The notes beneath the pieces were generated by a model. It was not told the DNA's origin, did no database searches, and saw only the letters and a program-made list of their open reading frames with translations. The position numbers and the translations under genes were made by a program. A DNA stretch of 64,000 nucleotides, taken from contig CM119269.1 of NCBI GenBank assembly GCA_051294375.1, positions 12,316,896 through 12,380,895 on the forward strand. The letters run 5' to 3'. Source of the DNA: Paraspadella gotoi (taxonomy: Eukaryota; Animalia; Chaetognatha). This document shows positions 27,456 to 40,874 of the stretch, piece after piece. The number at the start of each line of letters is the position of its first letter. Position 1 is the first letter of the stretch.

Positions 27456-27984
27456 NNNNNNNNNNNNNNNNNNNNNNNNNNNNNNNNNNNNNNNNNNNNN
27501 NNNNNNNNNNNNNNNNNNNNNNNNNNNNNNNNNNNNNNNNNNNNNNNNNNNNNNNNNNNNNNNNNNNNNNNNNNNNNNNNNNNNNNNNNNNNNNNNNNNN
27601 NNNNNNNNNNNNNNNNNNNNNNNNNNNNNNNNNNNNNNNNNNNNNNNNNNNNNNNNNNNNNNNNNNNNNNNNNNNNNNNNNNNNNNNNNNNNNNNNNNNN
27701 NNNNNNNNNNNNNNNNNNNNNNNNNNNNNNNNNNNNNNNNNNNNNNNNNNNNNNNNNNNNNNNNNNNNNNNNNNNNNNNNNNNNNNNNNNNNNNNNNNNN
27801 NNNNNNNNNNNNNNNNNNNNNNNNNNNNNNNNNNNNNNNNNNNNNNNNNNNNNNNNNNNNNNNNNNNNNNNNNNNNNNNNNNNNNNNNNNNNNNNNNNNN
27901 NNNNNNNNNNNNNNNNNNNNNNNNNNNNNNNNNNNNNNNNCGTCATCGACTCTTCCTCGTTGCCAGAAGCTTTTGTGGGGAAAA

Positions 27985-28650
27985 AATCTGCGAGCGACCA
28001 TCTGCAAGAGAACATGCAAGAGAACATCTGCTAGAGAGCGTCTGCAAGCGACCATCTGCAAGAGAATATATGCAAGAGAGCATCTGCTTGAGAGCGTCTG
28101 CAAACAAATATCTGCAAGAGAATAAATGCAAAAGAGCATCTGCTAGAGAGTGTCTGCAAGCGATTATCTGCAAGAGAACATACAAGAGAGCATCTGCAAG
28201 CGACTATCTGTAAGAGAATATATTCAGGAGAGCATCTGCTAGAGAGCGTCTGCAAGCGACCATCTGCAAGATAATATATTCAAGAGAGCATCTGTTAGAA
28301 AGCGTCTGCAAGCGACCATCTGCAAGAGATCTGGGAGAGAAACTCTGAAAGAGAAGTTCTGCTAGAGAGCATTTGCAAGCGACCATCAGCAGGTGACAAT
28401 TAGCAAGCGACAATCTGCAAAAAATGTCTGAAAAAGAACTTTGGCCAGAGAGCATCTGCAAGAAAGTGTGTGCGAGAATACATCTGCAAGCGACCATCAG
28501 CGGTCCACTATTTGTAAGTGAACATATGAACATATGCAACCCGGCGACAATCAGCAAGCGAATATCTTCCGGAGAACATTTTCAAGAGATCATCAGCAGA
28601 CGACAATCAGCGAAAAACTTTCTACAAGAAAACATCTGTAAGAAAACGTC
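27985..28650. repeat. Degenerate 14 bp satellite (catctgcaagagag) with a 4-unit ~56 bp higher-order period
   Basis: Recurring order catctgctagagag / cgtctgcaagcgac / catctgcaagagaa / tatatgcaagagag; abuts a gap. Confidence 0.85.
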
Positions 28651-28850
28651 AGCTTGTTCAAGCCCGACTAATTATAATTTTATACCCGACTATAAATGAA
28701 AAAAGCCTCTAAAAATATTTGTAATCGATCCTTTTTACAAATTTCAAGTCTTTCCTCCTTTTTTTTTCGTATCTTAAGCTGATTTTTAAAGCAAACTCCA
28801 TTTTAAACCCAGAGAGAAACATCCCAAGGAGGGAATCCCCACGACCCGCG

Positions 28851-28887
28851 GTTGCCATGGAAACAGTCGTGGCGTTTCCCTGGAGAC
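28851..28887. promoter_or_regulatory. Pair of RFX X-box motifs
   Basis: GTTGCCATGGAAAC (28851-28864) and GTTTCCCTGGAGAC (28874-28887) in a CpG-containing island; match the palindromic X-box consensus GTNNCC-NN-GGNAAC. Confidence 0.5.
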
Positions 28888-29246
28888 GAAACGAACTTCG
28901 GAAAATGATTTCCGTCTTCGGTTTCGCGATTTCGATGTGAAAGCGACATCACGTTCACAGTTCCTCTGGTTCCTTCACTCAAAACGCATAACCGATTTTT
29001 GTGTTCCGTTGGGGGGAATCTCTCTCTCTNNNNNNNNNNNNNNNNNNNNNNNNNNNNNNNNNNNNNNNNNNNNNNNNNNNNNNNNNNNNNNNNNNNNNNN
29101 NNNNNNNNNNNNNNNNNNNNNNNNNNNNNNNNNNNNNNNNNNNNNNNNNNNNNNNNNNNNNNNNNNNNNNNNNNNNNNNNNNNNNNNNNNNNNNNNNNNN
29201 NNNNNNNNNNNNNNNNNNNNNNNNNNNNNNNNNNNNNCTCTCTCTC

Positions 29247-29277
<31 letters not shown>

Positions 29278-29694
29278 GTCTCTCTCCTCCCTTTGCGCTC
29301 TCTCTCTCTATCTTTGCATTTCTCTCAAAAACGCAATTTTCTCTTCTTGATCCGATCATGAAAAAAATGGCTCTCTCTCTCTCTCTCTCCCTCGTCTCTC
29401 TCTCTCTATCTCTCTCTCCCTCATCTCTCTCTCTCTCTCCTCCGCCTTCCTCTCCTTCCCTAATCTTTCCTTCCCGTTCATTCACTCGCTTTATCTCCCT
29501 CTCTTAATCTCACTGCTCTCTCTCACTCTCTCTCTCTTTCTCTCTCTCTCTCTCTGCCCCCTACTATCGGTCTACTATTAAGTCATAATCAGATTTAAAT
29601 GTTCGCAACAAATCTCAATCTTATTTCGCTTCTTTCTTTTCGTTTTTTTTTTTCAATTGAAATTATTTTTTAGATTCAACTAGATCGGTTCATC

Positions 29695-29970
29695 CAATGT
29701 GTTGCGTCGCAGTGACTTTATTTTCACGTGCATTTCCCTTGGATCACATGATATGACATGACAAGACATGACAAAAAACTTTCTAAGTCCGTGTATTTAG
29801 GATTTTCTTAGATTTGAGGTTTTTTTCCTGTCTTTTACAAATGAGCAACCAACTATAGGCGAATTATATGTATTTTTAACGTGAGTGGACGGACAGACAT
29901 ACTGACCGACGGACCGACCAAAAAGTGACTTATAGAGTTGCTCCGCGAGTACTCTCGGCGCAACTAAAAA
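29695..29970 (-). mobile_element. HINE-like family 2 fragment (related copies 54581-54907 and 48095-48120)
   Basis: Ends gtgacttatagagttgc...gcaactaaaaa (5' hairpin on minus strand) preceded by GAC(A/C/G) microsatellite; body aligns by eye with 54581-54907. Confidence 0.65.
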
Positions 29971-30209
29971 CTCAAAACCTCACTGAGAGAAAGAGATTGT
30001 CCCTTTTTTCTTAAGAAATTTATAAATTGTCAATTACAACTTTTAATAAATTAGTCTTGATTGAAAGTTTGCAGGGATGGGTCTAGTTATTTAATGATGC
30101 TTGCAGCTTGCAGGGCAGGGTCTTGATGTTTAATGATCTTAACCCACCATAGCCTGACCAAAGTCAGGAGACAAGATCTCGTATAGCTTGTTAATTAAAG
30201 GAGAAAAGT

Positions 30210-30290
30210 TTTTATTTTGTTTAAACAACGAATTTATTTAACACGATAATGGAAATGTTTCGGCTTCAATGTAAGCTTTTATCAGCGCAA
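30210..30290 (-). ncRNA. Degenerate Penelope-type minimal hammerhead ribozyme
   Basis: Minus strand gcg-CTGATAA-aagctt-acattg-aagcc-GAAAC-atttcc...aataaattcgttgtt; core has GA>AA and GTC>TTC changes; tail resembles 5832-5870. Confidence 0.45.
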
Positions 30291-30321
30291 AAGTGAATAA
30301 CGAAAGAACGAAACGAAAAAA

Positions 30322-30430
30322 TCAAATCAATAGCTTGTTAATCAAATAGCTTGTTAATCAAATCAATAGCTTGTTAATCAAATCAATAGCTTGTTAATCA
30401 AGTAGCTTGTTAATCAAATCAATAGCTTTT
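30322..30430. repeat. 16-20 bp tandem repeat (aatcaaatcaatagcttgtt), about 6 copies
   Basis: Directly visible. Confidence 0.9.
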
Positions 30431-30549
30431 TAATTGCATCGCAGAGGAATCAGGAATGGATAATTTTGTACCATTTTCATAGAGAGTTATTTCATAGTTA
30501 TTTCATAGAGTTATTTCATAGAGAGTTATTTTCAATTCTAAATATAGAA

Positions 30550-31440
30550 TAAAACTTGGGCGTCAAATGTCCAATTGTCAATCCCTTGAGATGAACCCAG
30601 CCGTCCTTCTTGTTAATCTAGAGTCGGGATGAATCCTTTGGCGTCTCCTCAGAGAAGTAAGTTATTTTCAACTTACCCACGATGAAAATGACTTCTGTAA
30701 TGAAATGTTCCTTTGTTTATAGTCTCACCTGGAATTAATCTTTACCTAAAAGTCGGTGATACCGATCAGTGCAATATCCACTCGATGGAGATTTACCAAC
30801 TAATTAGGCGCAAAATAAACCGGGCATTTCTGCATAATTACCGACGGCCACGGCATTCGAATACCCAACTTTAAATCCCAGTGATCGTTAACAGCCTCCT
30901 CATTCTCTACGACTCTGCTGTCCTACTTTTTTATCACTTTTTTTTTATTTCGTNNNNNNNNNNNNNNNNNNNNNNNNNTTTTCCTTTTTTTTTTCTTTTT
31001 CTCTTTCGCTGCATTGCTGGCAAGCAAGACTTAAAGCTGCCTCACTTGCTGTCCGTTCCTCCAGTCTCGTCTTCAATGGGCTGAGCAGGCTAGATATCTC
31101 ATTTCCATCCGTTGAGCGTCCCGGGTTCCAATTCCCCGGATCCCCGGTTCTGGCTTAAATGTGACCGGTCTGCCAGGTAATAAACATGCCAGTACAGGAG
31201 GCGGTCACTGAGTTCCGCAGGTCCCCTACGCCATTGGGAGATACCCCGCGCCCGGGTTATCACAGCTACCCCCGTCTGCGCCAATAAGTGGTTGAGCCCT
31301 TACTATCGAACACGCAACCGCTGCGCACCGTGCCGCCCACGCTAAATACGTCGCTTGTAGGGGTTATGAGCAATCACGCCTATGCCCTACTTCTCTAGGT
31401 AACGCTCCAAACTCGCTCGCTCGCTCCGCCACCGCTCGCT
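30550..31440 (-). mobile_element. Non-LTR retrotransposon 5' remnant: GC-rich leader plus decayed AP-endonuclease start
   Basis: Minus-strand pieces FKVGYSNAVAV, LVNLHRVDIALIG and GWVHLKGLTIG in shifting frames resemble APE motifs (lkigxwNa, vDIxxixET, Wvxl); 31020-31320 is repeated noisily at 31533-31800. Confidence 0.35.
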
Positions 31441-32229
31441 CTCCAATATGCAAGAGATCAAAACCTTCTCTCAGACATCGTCCTCAGATTTGAGGCCCCT
31501 GTGGAGAAGTTCTGGTTGGGGAATCCTGTGCAGCAAGACTTAAGCTGCCTCACTGCTGTCCGTTCCTCCAGTCTCGTTCTCAGATGGCGAGCAGGCTAAA
31601 TCATCTCATTCCAATCCGTGCGTTCCCGGGCTTCCAATCCCCGGGTTATCCCGGTCTGGCCTTAAAATGTGGACGCACCGGTGCCGGTATAAAACCATGC
31701 CAGTGACAGGAGGCCGGTCCACTGAGGGTCCGCAGCCCACTTACGCCAGTAGGTGAGATTACCCCGCCCGTAATCACAGCACCCCCCGTTTGCCCATAGC
31801 CAATCACCCCTTTTTTCGACTGCCCATACTGATGTCTCTCTGTTCTCTCTCTCTCTCTCTTCTCTCCTCTCTCTCTCTCTCTCTCTCTCCTAATTTTCCC
31901 TCCCGCACCTGCCAGTCATTTTTCTTTCCAATTTCATCAAACTTAACCTCGCCAACCTAATCATCCGGGCAAAAAAAGTTCGATTTTTCTGGTCCGATTA
32001 AAGTGAAAAATTAATAAATTTTGGCGAGGGCTACATTAAGTTGTATCTCTCTCTGCTTAAATTTAATATGGCAAATCTTAGGCTTTGGGTATTACTATAA
32101 ATCTTTTCATAGTTTTATAGGTTTAAGACTTTCATTCTTTCGCTTGATTCTTCTTTTTTCAAGTTCTTCACATCGCTTGTATCTCTTTTTACTTTTTAGA
32201 CCCACTCTCTCTCTCTCTCTCTCTCCACA

Positions 32230-32281
<52 letters not shown>

Positions 32282-32799
32282 CCTCTCTCTCTCTCTTCTT
32301 TACTCTCTCTCTCTCTCTCTTTCTCTCTCTCCTGAGAGCTCCTCTCTCTTTCTCTCTCTCCTCTCTCTCTCCGTCTCTCTCTCTTCTCTTTCTCTCTCTC
32401 TCTCTCTCTCTGACTCTCTCCTCTCTCTCTTCTCTCTCCCCCTCCTCTTACCTTCTGCTATAGCTTTTTGAGGCAGAAGCTTCACTATCCTGGTGTTTTT
32501 TAATGAAGAGAATTTCAAACCAATAACATAGTAAACTGAATTTTCAACACTGAAAACGTCAATATTTAAAAAAGCAAGATTGTCTCCTCTCAAATAAACT
32601 GACGCAGGCTTATTAACTAAAAACTCATTTTTTCCGCCATTTTGTTAACGTTATGCCTCCTAATCGTTCTGCGACCGGCGACATCGACTTGTCTCCGTCT
32701 CGTCGTCGTCGTCCTTTTCCTTTTTCAACGTTCTCCTTCTTATTGGATTCCATTCGTCGTTAAAATCGTTCAAAACATGATAACACTTCACTTCTGTTA

Positions 32800-32863
<64 letters not shown>

Positions 32864-35800
32864 TCTCTCTTCTCTCTCTATCTTTTGTTTTTCTTCGTCT
32901 CTATCTTCTTTCTCTGTTAACTCTCTCTCTCTCCCTCCTTTCCTTTCCTCCCTCCTTTTCCCTTCTGTCTTTCTCTCTCTCTCTCGCTCACTCCCGCTTT
33001 CCTCCCCCTTTCTTCCCATCATCTTCCCTCCTCTTTCACAACGCTTCCTCTTACCTTCACACCAGTGGGGTGAAGTGTGTACGACAAAAATATTCGTAAT
33101 TCTCAGAAAAAGCTTGTTTTGAAAAGCTTAATAATTACGATCAAATGTCATGAATGGGAAAATTTAGGGGTTTGACTGTAATGATTGATATGATACAGAT
33201 ATACTATCTAGAAAAAAGTTATATCATAATTGTTGAAGTATTTATTAAAAAAAACTATATAACATCAACTACTGCCTTCAATTTCTCGCATACTCTCTAC
33301 AGAAATGAGGTGTGAAATGTTTTCCACAAGTGGTGTAACACAACTTTTCACACTGATGTTTATGGGCGGGCTCCTTCCCCCGTGCAACCGATAAGGAAAT
33401 TTAAACCAAAAGAAATCCCTAAGCATTCCAATAAAAAAAATTAAAAATAATAAAAACTATGTGAAAATGAAAGAAGTGTACAAAAGAGGAGAAACCGAAT
33501 ATAATCGGCGCATATCCATAAAGTAACAAGTGGGGGAACTTGCCACAAGTAACCGACAAAAAAGGAAGAAACTACAAAAAATAATTAAAGAGGGAAATGT
33601 AATCGTACCAATGTACGTAAAATGTGATATACGGCAGAAAAAAATAAAAAACGTAGAGGACACGAAGGTGCAAAGAGAAAAGGGGGAGAGAAAAGGGAGA
33701 CAGAACAAAAAAAAAACAACCAGAGACAAGGACAACAAAGCAGAGAACCCGCCCGACACATCTTATAGTGTAAGTCTGTGAACCTAGCCCAATGCCGACT
33801 ACATTTGATAGGACTGCGTGTTGGAATGGAAGTAAGGGAGAGTGAAAAGAGAAAAAAAGAAAGGAAAGCTTGTAGATAAAAATAAAGGAAAGAAACGGGG
33901 GGAGGGGAAAGACACAAAAAGAAAGAAATGAGAAAGAAAAGAAAAAAGAAAGAAAAAAGAAAGAAAGAAAAGAAAAGAAAGAAAGAAAGAAAGAAAGAAA
34001 GAATGACAAGAAAAGAAGAAAGAAAGAAAGAAAGAAAGAGAGAAGAAAGATATTCTTTTTCCCCCTTGATTTCCCAGTGAGAAGAAACTAAAATCCTTTA
34101 CTCCCATTTTTCGAGGTTTGAAGAGGAGAGAAAAGATGAGACGGGGAGAATGGACCAATGAAAATAAATGGAAGCGAGAGGTGGAGGGAGAGAGAAGCGA
34201 GGGAGGGCAGGGGAGAATAAGAAAGAGACGGGAGAGAGAGAGAGAGAGAGAGAGAACGAGAGAGAGGAGAGAGAGAGAGAGAGAAGAGAGAAGAGAGAGA
34301 AATTGGGAGCTTGAGCAGGATGAAGTAATAGCTGTCCGTCTTCCTTAATCTTGTTCTAGACTTTTATACCGAAACCCCGAGAGTCTTAGTCCGTCTCTTC
34401 TTCGTTTCGTAAAGCGTGCTCTGAACCTCTCTCTCTCTCTCGCCTCGGCTCTCACCTGCCATCTTTTCCCTCTCACACTTTCCCGTATTTCGTTTACTAT
34501 TTTATTTGTTTCTTCTTGTTTTCTTTTCCTGAATTAAACTTTATGTTAAATTGGAAGCTGAATGAAGCATAAAGTAACTTTCATTTCAAAAAATTATTTT
34601 AAATATATTAAATAACTAGATAATTTGTAAAGAGTTTATAAAGATTTTATTCTGGAAATTGAGCCCTGACTTTTTATTTTTTAATGGTTTCAAATATCTG
34701 AGTTTTCAAAGTTTAATTGAATGACCTCCAATATTTCTGTTAAAGTCTCTAATTGGTTGAATTTTATACCTTAATTTGGAATATCTGTCTCTCATTTGGT
34801 TAATGTAATAACTAGTAGATTTTTGATCTTATTCTTAATAGTGGAATCTCCTCTCATTGGTTTAATATAATTGTGGTCCCTTGTATATAAAAGGGAAGTA
34901 AATTTTCCTTAATTTGTTGGGGATTCCCCGGAAAGACCATCAGGTACTTAAATGATGATTTGTGAAATTACTTTGAATATTGGTAATTAATTTAAGTTTT
35001 ATGAGCTTTGAGCTGTTGCTGCGTCTCGGCCTCTGCTGCTACTGATGCTGACGTCTCGTTCTGTTTGCTGCATCTCGGTTCTACTGCTTGCTTGGCTTTA
35101 TTTTGGTTCTTCGTCAATTCTGATGCACGTTTTTCCCAATGATTATTGGATATGGAATACTGATAAAGTTATTATTCTATTTTCTCATCTTTTGCATATA
35201 TTGCGATTGAGTTAATTTAAGTCCGACGATTAAGCATCTCAAACAATGCTTCTCATCTGAAAACTGAGGAAACCCGCCCAAGGAATCTTCTCAAATAGTT
35301 AATTAAAAACAGTCAAAAAAAACGCGCATTTAACCTTTTTCGTGATAGGAAAGCCTCGATCTCGAGGAGAGTCTTGATGAAAAAAGCTTGCACGGTATTA
35401 CTATTTAATTATCTCTTTTTAGCTCACCAAAGCATTTATTGTATTGATAGGATAATTTTTTATATAAGGGGTTTATTTTTATATTAAATTTATATCAAAT
35501 TTTTGTTCATTCACTTCTTATTCTTTTATCTTTTAGTTAAATCTTTTGGATTTTCTTTTCCTTTAAAACAATTCACATCTTTTTTTTGTGTCGCCAACCG
35601 TGATTTGCCTCTATTCCTTTTTTTTTCTTCTTCAAACCTTTAAAAGACCGCTTAATAAAAAGACGAAATTTTAACAATTCCAATGACCAATTTGTGACTT
35701 AAATAATGAATATCTTTCTTACTTTTACTATGATTTTTTTCTTTTGCCAGCCAGACATGTTCGATTAAAAATCACTTAAAACATCGTGTTTAAAAAAATT

Positions 35801-35928
35801 TTCAAAAAAAAATGTTGTCGACTTTTCAAATTACTATGTAAAACTACTTTGAAACAAAACGTCAAGTATAAAGATTCTTTTAAAAAGATTAGATGAGAGC
35901 GAGAGAAAGCGTCGAAGAAAGCAGGATG

Positions 35929-35967
<39 letters not shown>

Positions 35968-38900
35968 CGAGAGAGAAAAGTGCTGACGCCGGCCCATCAT
36001 AAATGAGTGAGAAAAGTGTTTCCTGGACGCGCCTTTCCTGTGGTGTTCCTCCGCGGTCCTGTTTGTTTTTTTTTTTCGCCCTCTCTCCCGCACCCTCCTA
36101 AGTGCGTCCAGAACCCCATCACGTTCTTAACATGGAAGGTAAGAAAACTCTTGCCGTCCTTTCGAGACCAAAAGAGCAAAAAAGCTGAAGAAAAGACAAT
36201 AAGAAATTATTTAGTTAGGAAGAAACCCAAAGATGTTCTATATTTTAATTTAAAAATAGTTAATTTTTATTTCACGGGTGGGTCTTATACTATTTCTTTA
36301 CTATTGTGTAAAATAAAGTTTTTTTTTTAAAAGTTAAAATTCACACTTTTTCTTTAAACTTTTAAAAACCCCAAAAAATATTTTTTTTTTTTAAAAGTTG
36401 CACCCATAAAAAATGAATGTTAAAAAACAAATTTTTATAATGGTGTTTTTTATAAAGAGAACCTTAGAAATAAAACATTAACCATTTTTTTAAGATTATT
36501 TTTTAATTTTTGAAGGAACAACTTCTTGGACTCCCGTCCCTAACGGGACTTCTGGGACAGAAGCCCCTTGTTTGTTCCGCTCGCTTGGTTGTCGGCCTCG
36601 GTCGGCGTCTTTTGCCCTCGCATCCATAATTCATTAAAAAGTTTAAGCACATTAAAATGATGTTTACTTAAAGAAAAAATAAATTGGAAAAAAAAGCAAG
36701 GGATTCTGTCAAATTAGCGCTGACAAAAAAAATAAAAGTTCTAAAAAAATATTTCAATCACTAAAACAAATCGAGGTTAACTAAAAGAGATGTCCAAAGT
36801 CAGGGGCAAGATAGGACTTATATTAACATGACAGCCAACACTCCGTTATTAAAAGTTAAGCACAATAAAAATGAAGATGTGTTACTTAAAGAAAAATAAA
36901 TTTGGACAAAAAAAGCAAAGTGATCCTCACAATTACGCTACAAAAAATAACAAGTTCTAAAAAATTATTTCATCAGCTAAACAATCGGAGGCCGACGCCG
37001 AAGCCCGACACTACGCAATGACCCCTCGACTGACAAGCTCCGGCGATAGCGCAGACAGCCGCGTCTCGGCCTCCGCCTCCACGCGCGAGGGTAACTCTCA
37101 AAAAGTGTCCAAAGTCAGCGGGCAAGAATAGCCCGTTCTCTTATTTAATTAAATGACTAATGAAATTATATATTGGTTTTAACCCCCCAAATTTTCATAA
37201 ATCAAGATATTTAAATATCATAATCTGAAAACAATTAAAACCCGATTTTTTTTTTTAAAAACATTAAAACCCCAAAAATATAAATCAATTATCTATAAAA
37301 CACGGGGCGCTTTGTTTGCCTTTTATTTTTTTCCCCCGCCCGCAAACTAAATAAAAATCGTTCACTTGAAAGCGGAAAGAAAAAAATCCACCGAAAATTC
37401 CGAGTTTGAAACTCGAATGCGTCTTTTAGACTTAATTTTAGATTACCGTTCGTTAAATTTTCACCAACGACGCACCGCGACGACGACCGACGACCGGTGA
37501 ATTTTGTGAATCCTCATTTCCACCTTTTGCCATTTGTGACTCTGTGTTGAGAGACAGAGGAAGGAGAGGGGAGAGAGAGAGTGAGAGGAGAGAGAGAGAG
37601 AACGAGGAGAGAGAGAGATGAGGACGAGAGAAAAGAGGAGAAAGAGACCGCATGAGAGAGAGAGAAAGCTGACAAGCAATTGAGGAAACAGACAAAACGG
37701 GAGACGAGGAAAGAGAAGCAAATGACAGAAGAGACAAAACAAAAACAGAGAAAGAGTGATGAAGAAGGAGAGGGAAAGAACGGAAAGCAGAGTAAGAGAG
37801 AGGAGATGGAGAGAGAGACGAGCAGAGATGAGAGAGAGAGAGAGAGAGAGAAGAGTAAGAGCCTCCTCCCAAAGTTCATTCCCTTCGTAATGGCAGTCAA
37901 ATTTTGGCCGCAGACAATTCGAAAATTAAAACCACCTTTTACCGGCGCTTAGAGGAAGAAAGAGGGAGAGAAGGGAGTCGGTGACGAGGTGACGCCGCGA
38001 GGACGCTCTGAGTCCTGAGTACGTGAGTTCAAGATGGCGGAAAGTAAGTTAGACGCTGAGGAGAGCAGCCGTCAAAAGTGTCGGCATCACTCATCTCTCT
38101 CTTTCATCAACTTTAACTCCCAACCTAATCATCCTGGGCAAAAAAACGTCGATTTTTCTGTCCGATGTGAAAATTAATAATTTTTGGCGGGGGCTCATTA
38201 AGTGTATCTCTCTCTGCTTTTAAATTTAATACTGGCAAATTAGCTTGGTATTACTATAAATCTTTTCATAGTTTTATAGTTTTAAACTTTCATTCTGTTC
38301 GCTTGGATTCTTTTTTTTCAAGGTCTTCACATTCGCTTGTATCTCTTTTTTACTTTTTATTACCACTCTCTCTCTCTCTCTCTNNNNNNNNNNNNNNNNN
38401 NNNNNNNNNNNNNNNNNNNNNNNNNNNNNNNNNNNNNNNNNNNNNNNNNNNNNNNNNNNNNNNNNNNNNNNNNNNNNNNNNNNNNNNNNNNNNNNNNNNN
38501 NNNNNNNNNNNNNNNNNNNNNNNNNNNNNNNNNNNNNNNNNNNNNNNNNNNNNNNNNNNNNNNNNNNNNNNNNNNNNNNNNNNNNNNNNNNNNNNNNNNN
38601 NNNNNNNNNNNNNNNNNNNNNNNNNNNNNNNNNNNNNNNNNNNNNNNNNNNNNNNNNNNNNNNNNNNNNNNNNNNNNNNNNNNNNNTCTGCTATAGTTTT
38701 TGAGGTCAGAAGCTTCACTATCCTGGGTTTTTTACATGAAGAGAATCAAACCAATAACATAGTAAACGGAATTTTTCAACACTGAAATCAATATTTAAAA
38801 AGGAAGGATTGCTTCCTCTTCAAATAAACTGACGCAGGCTTATTAACTAAACTCATTTTTTTCCGCCATTTTGTTTAACGTTTGCCTCCATAATCGTTGC

Positions 38901-39183
38901 TGCGACGGCGACATCGACTTGTCGTCGTCGTCGTCGTCGTCGTCCTTTTCCTTTTCAACGTCTCCTTCTTATTGGATTCCATTTCGTCGTTAAAATCGTT
39001 AAAATCGATGATAACACTNNNNNNNNNNNNNNNNNNNNNNNNNAATTCAGTGGTATCGCGTTAAAAAGATACATCTGATTGGATTAACACTTTTCTGTTT
39101 TCTCTCCTTTCCTCCTTTCCTCTCTCTTCTCTCTTGCTCTTCTCTCTCTCTCTCTCTCTTCTTCTCTCTCTCTCTCTCTCTTT

Positions 39184-39221
<38 letters not shown>

Positions 39222-39230
39222 CTCTCTCCT

Positions 39231-39273
<43 letters not shown>

Positions 39274-40267
39274 GTTTTTCTCTCTCTATCTTTCTTTCTC
39301 TGTTAATCTCTCTCTCTCCCTCCTTCTCTCCTTTCCTCCCTCCCTTTTCCCTTTCTGTCTTTCTCTCTCTCTCTCGCTCACTCTCTCCGTCTTTCCCTCC
39401 CTCCCTTTCTCTCCCATCTCTTCCCTCCTCTTTCACAACCGCTTCCTCTATCAACTCTCACAACCAGTGAAGTTTTTACGACAAAAAATGTTGCGGTTAG
39501 ATTCTCAGGAAAAAGTGTTTCGTGAGAAGCTTAAAGTGAATTACGATTTCAATGTCGTCATGGAATGAAATTAAGTTTGGTAAGGATGATATGATACATG
39601 ATATACTATCTAGAAAAAAAGTATATCACATAATTGTTGAAAGTTCATTTATTAAATAAAAAATATATAACATCAACTACTGCCTGCATTCGTCTGGGCA
39701 TACTCTCGTACAGAGAATTGAGGTGTGAAATGTTTTTCCACATTTTTAACACAATTCTTTTCAGCACTGATGTTGATGTTGCGCGTCTTTCCCTCTTTTC
39801 TTAAAGCTATAATGGAACTTTTTTAAACCAAAAAAAGGTGCAATGCCTTAAGCATTGCCAAATTTAAAAAAAATTTAAAAATAATTAAAACTATTTGAAA
39901 TAAAAATAATTAAGTAAATACCAAAAATAGTGGAAAACTAAATATAATTTCTTTCGCCATATTCCATTTGAAGTAACAATCTTTTTTTGCTTGTAACTTC
40001 TCAACAATTTGACCTACAAAAAATGGAATAAAACTACTAAAATAAAATTAAATTGAGATTTGAAAATAATCTGACAAGTTTACTAAAAATGTGATATACT
40101 TTTTTCCTAGATAATATCATATAATATAATATACTATTATTTATGACACTAATTTTCAGAGATATTAAAAAGAGGTTTGTATGGAGGGAAATTATGATGT
40201 GATTGTCTTATTAACAAAAACAAGAATTGGACCAAAAACTGGGTTTCCTCAAGCTTCCCGCAAGGTA

Positions 40268-40350
40268 GGTACCGAGTTGGGATTGAACCGGATTGTACTG
40301 GACCTAGTGGTCATGAGCTGATGGCTTTACTCAACGAGCCAACGGGTCAC
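40268..40350 (-). mobile_element. tRNA-derived SINE head
   Basis: Minus strand gacccgt-TGGCTCGTTGAG-taaagccatcagctcatgaccactaggtccagtacaatcc-GGTTCAATCCC-aactcggtacc; A and B boxes at tRNA-like spacing, no clean cloverleaf. Confidence 0.55.
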
Positions 40351-40475
40351 GACTGAAGGTGTCATGCTTATAGTTGGTGTGAACCTAGGCAATGCCCGAC
40401 TACATTGATAGGACTGCGTGTTGGAATGAGTAAGGGAGAGTGAAAGAGAAAAAGAAAGAAAGGTAGATAAAAATA

Positions 40476-40567
<92 letters not shown>

Positions 40568-40826
40568 GAGAAAGAAAGATATTCTTTTTCCCCCTTGATT
40601 CCCCAGTGAGAAGAAACTAAATCCTTTTACTCCATTTTTCGAGGTGGAAGAGGAGAGAAAGATGAGAGGGAGAATGGACAATGAAAATAAATGGAAAGCG
40701 AAGATAGAGGGAGAGAGAAGCGGAGGGAGGGAGAATAAGAAAGAGAGGGAGAGAGAGAAGAGATGAGGAGGACGAGCACGAGAGGTGAGAGAGAGAGATG
40801 AGAGAGATAGATGAGAGATGAGAGAC

Positions 40827-40874
<48 letters not shown>

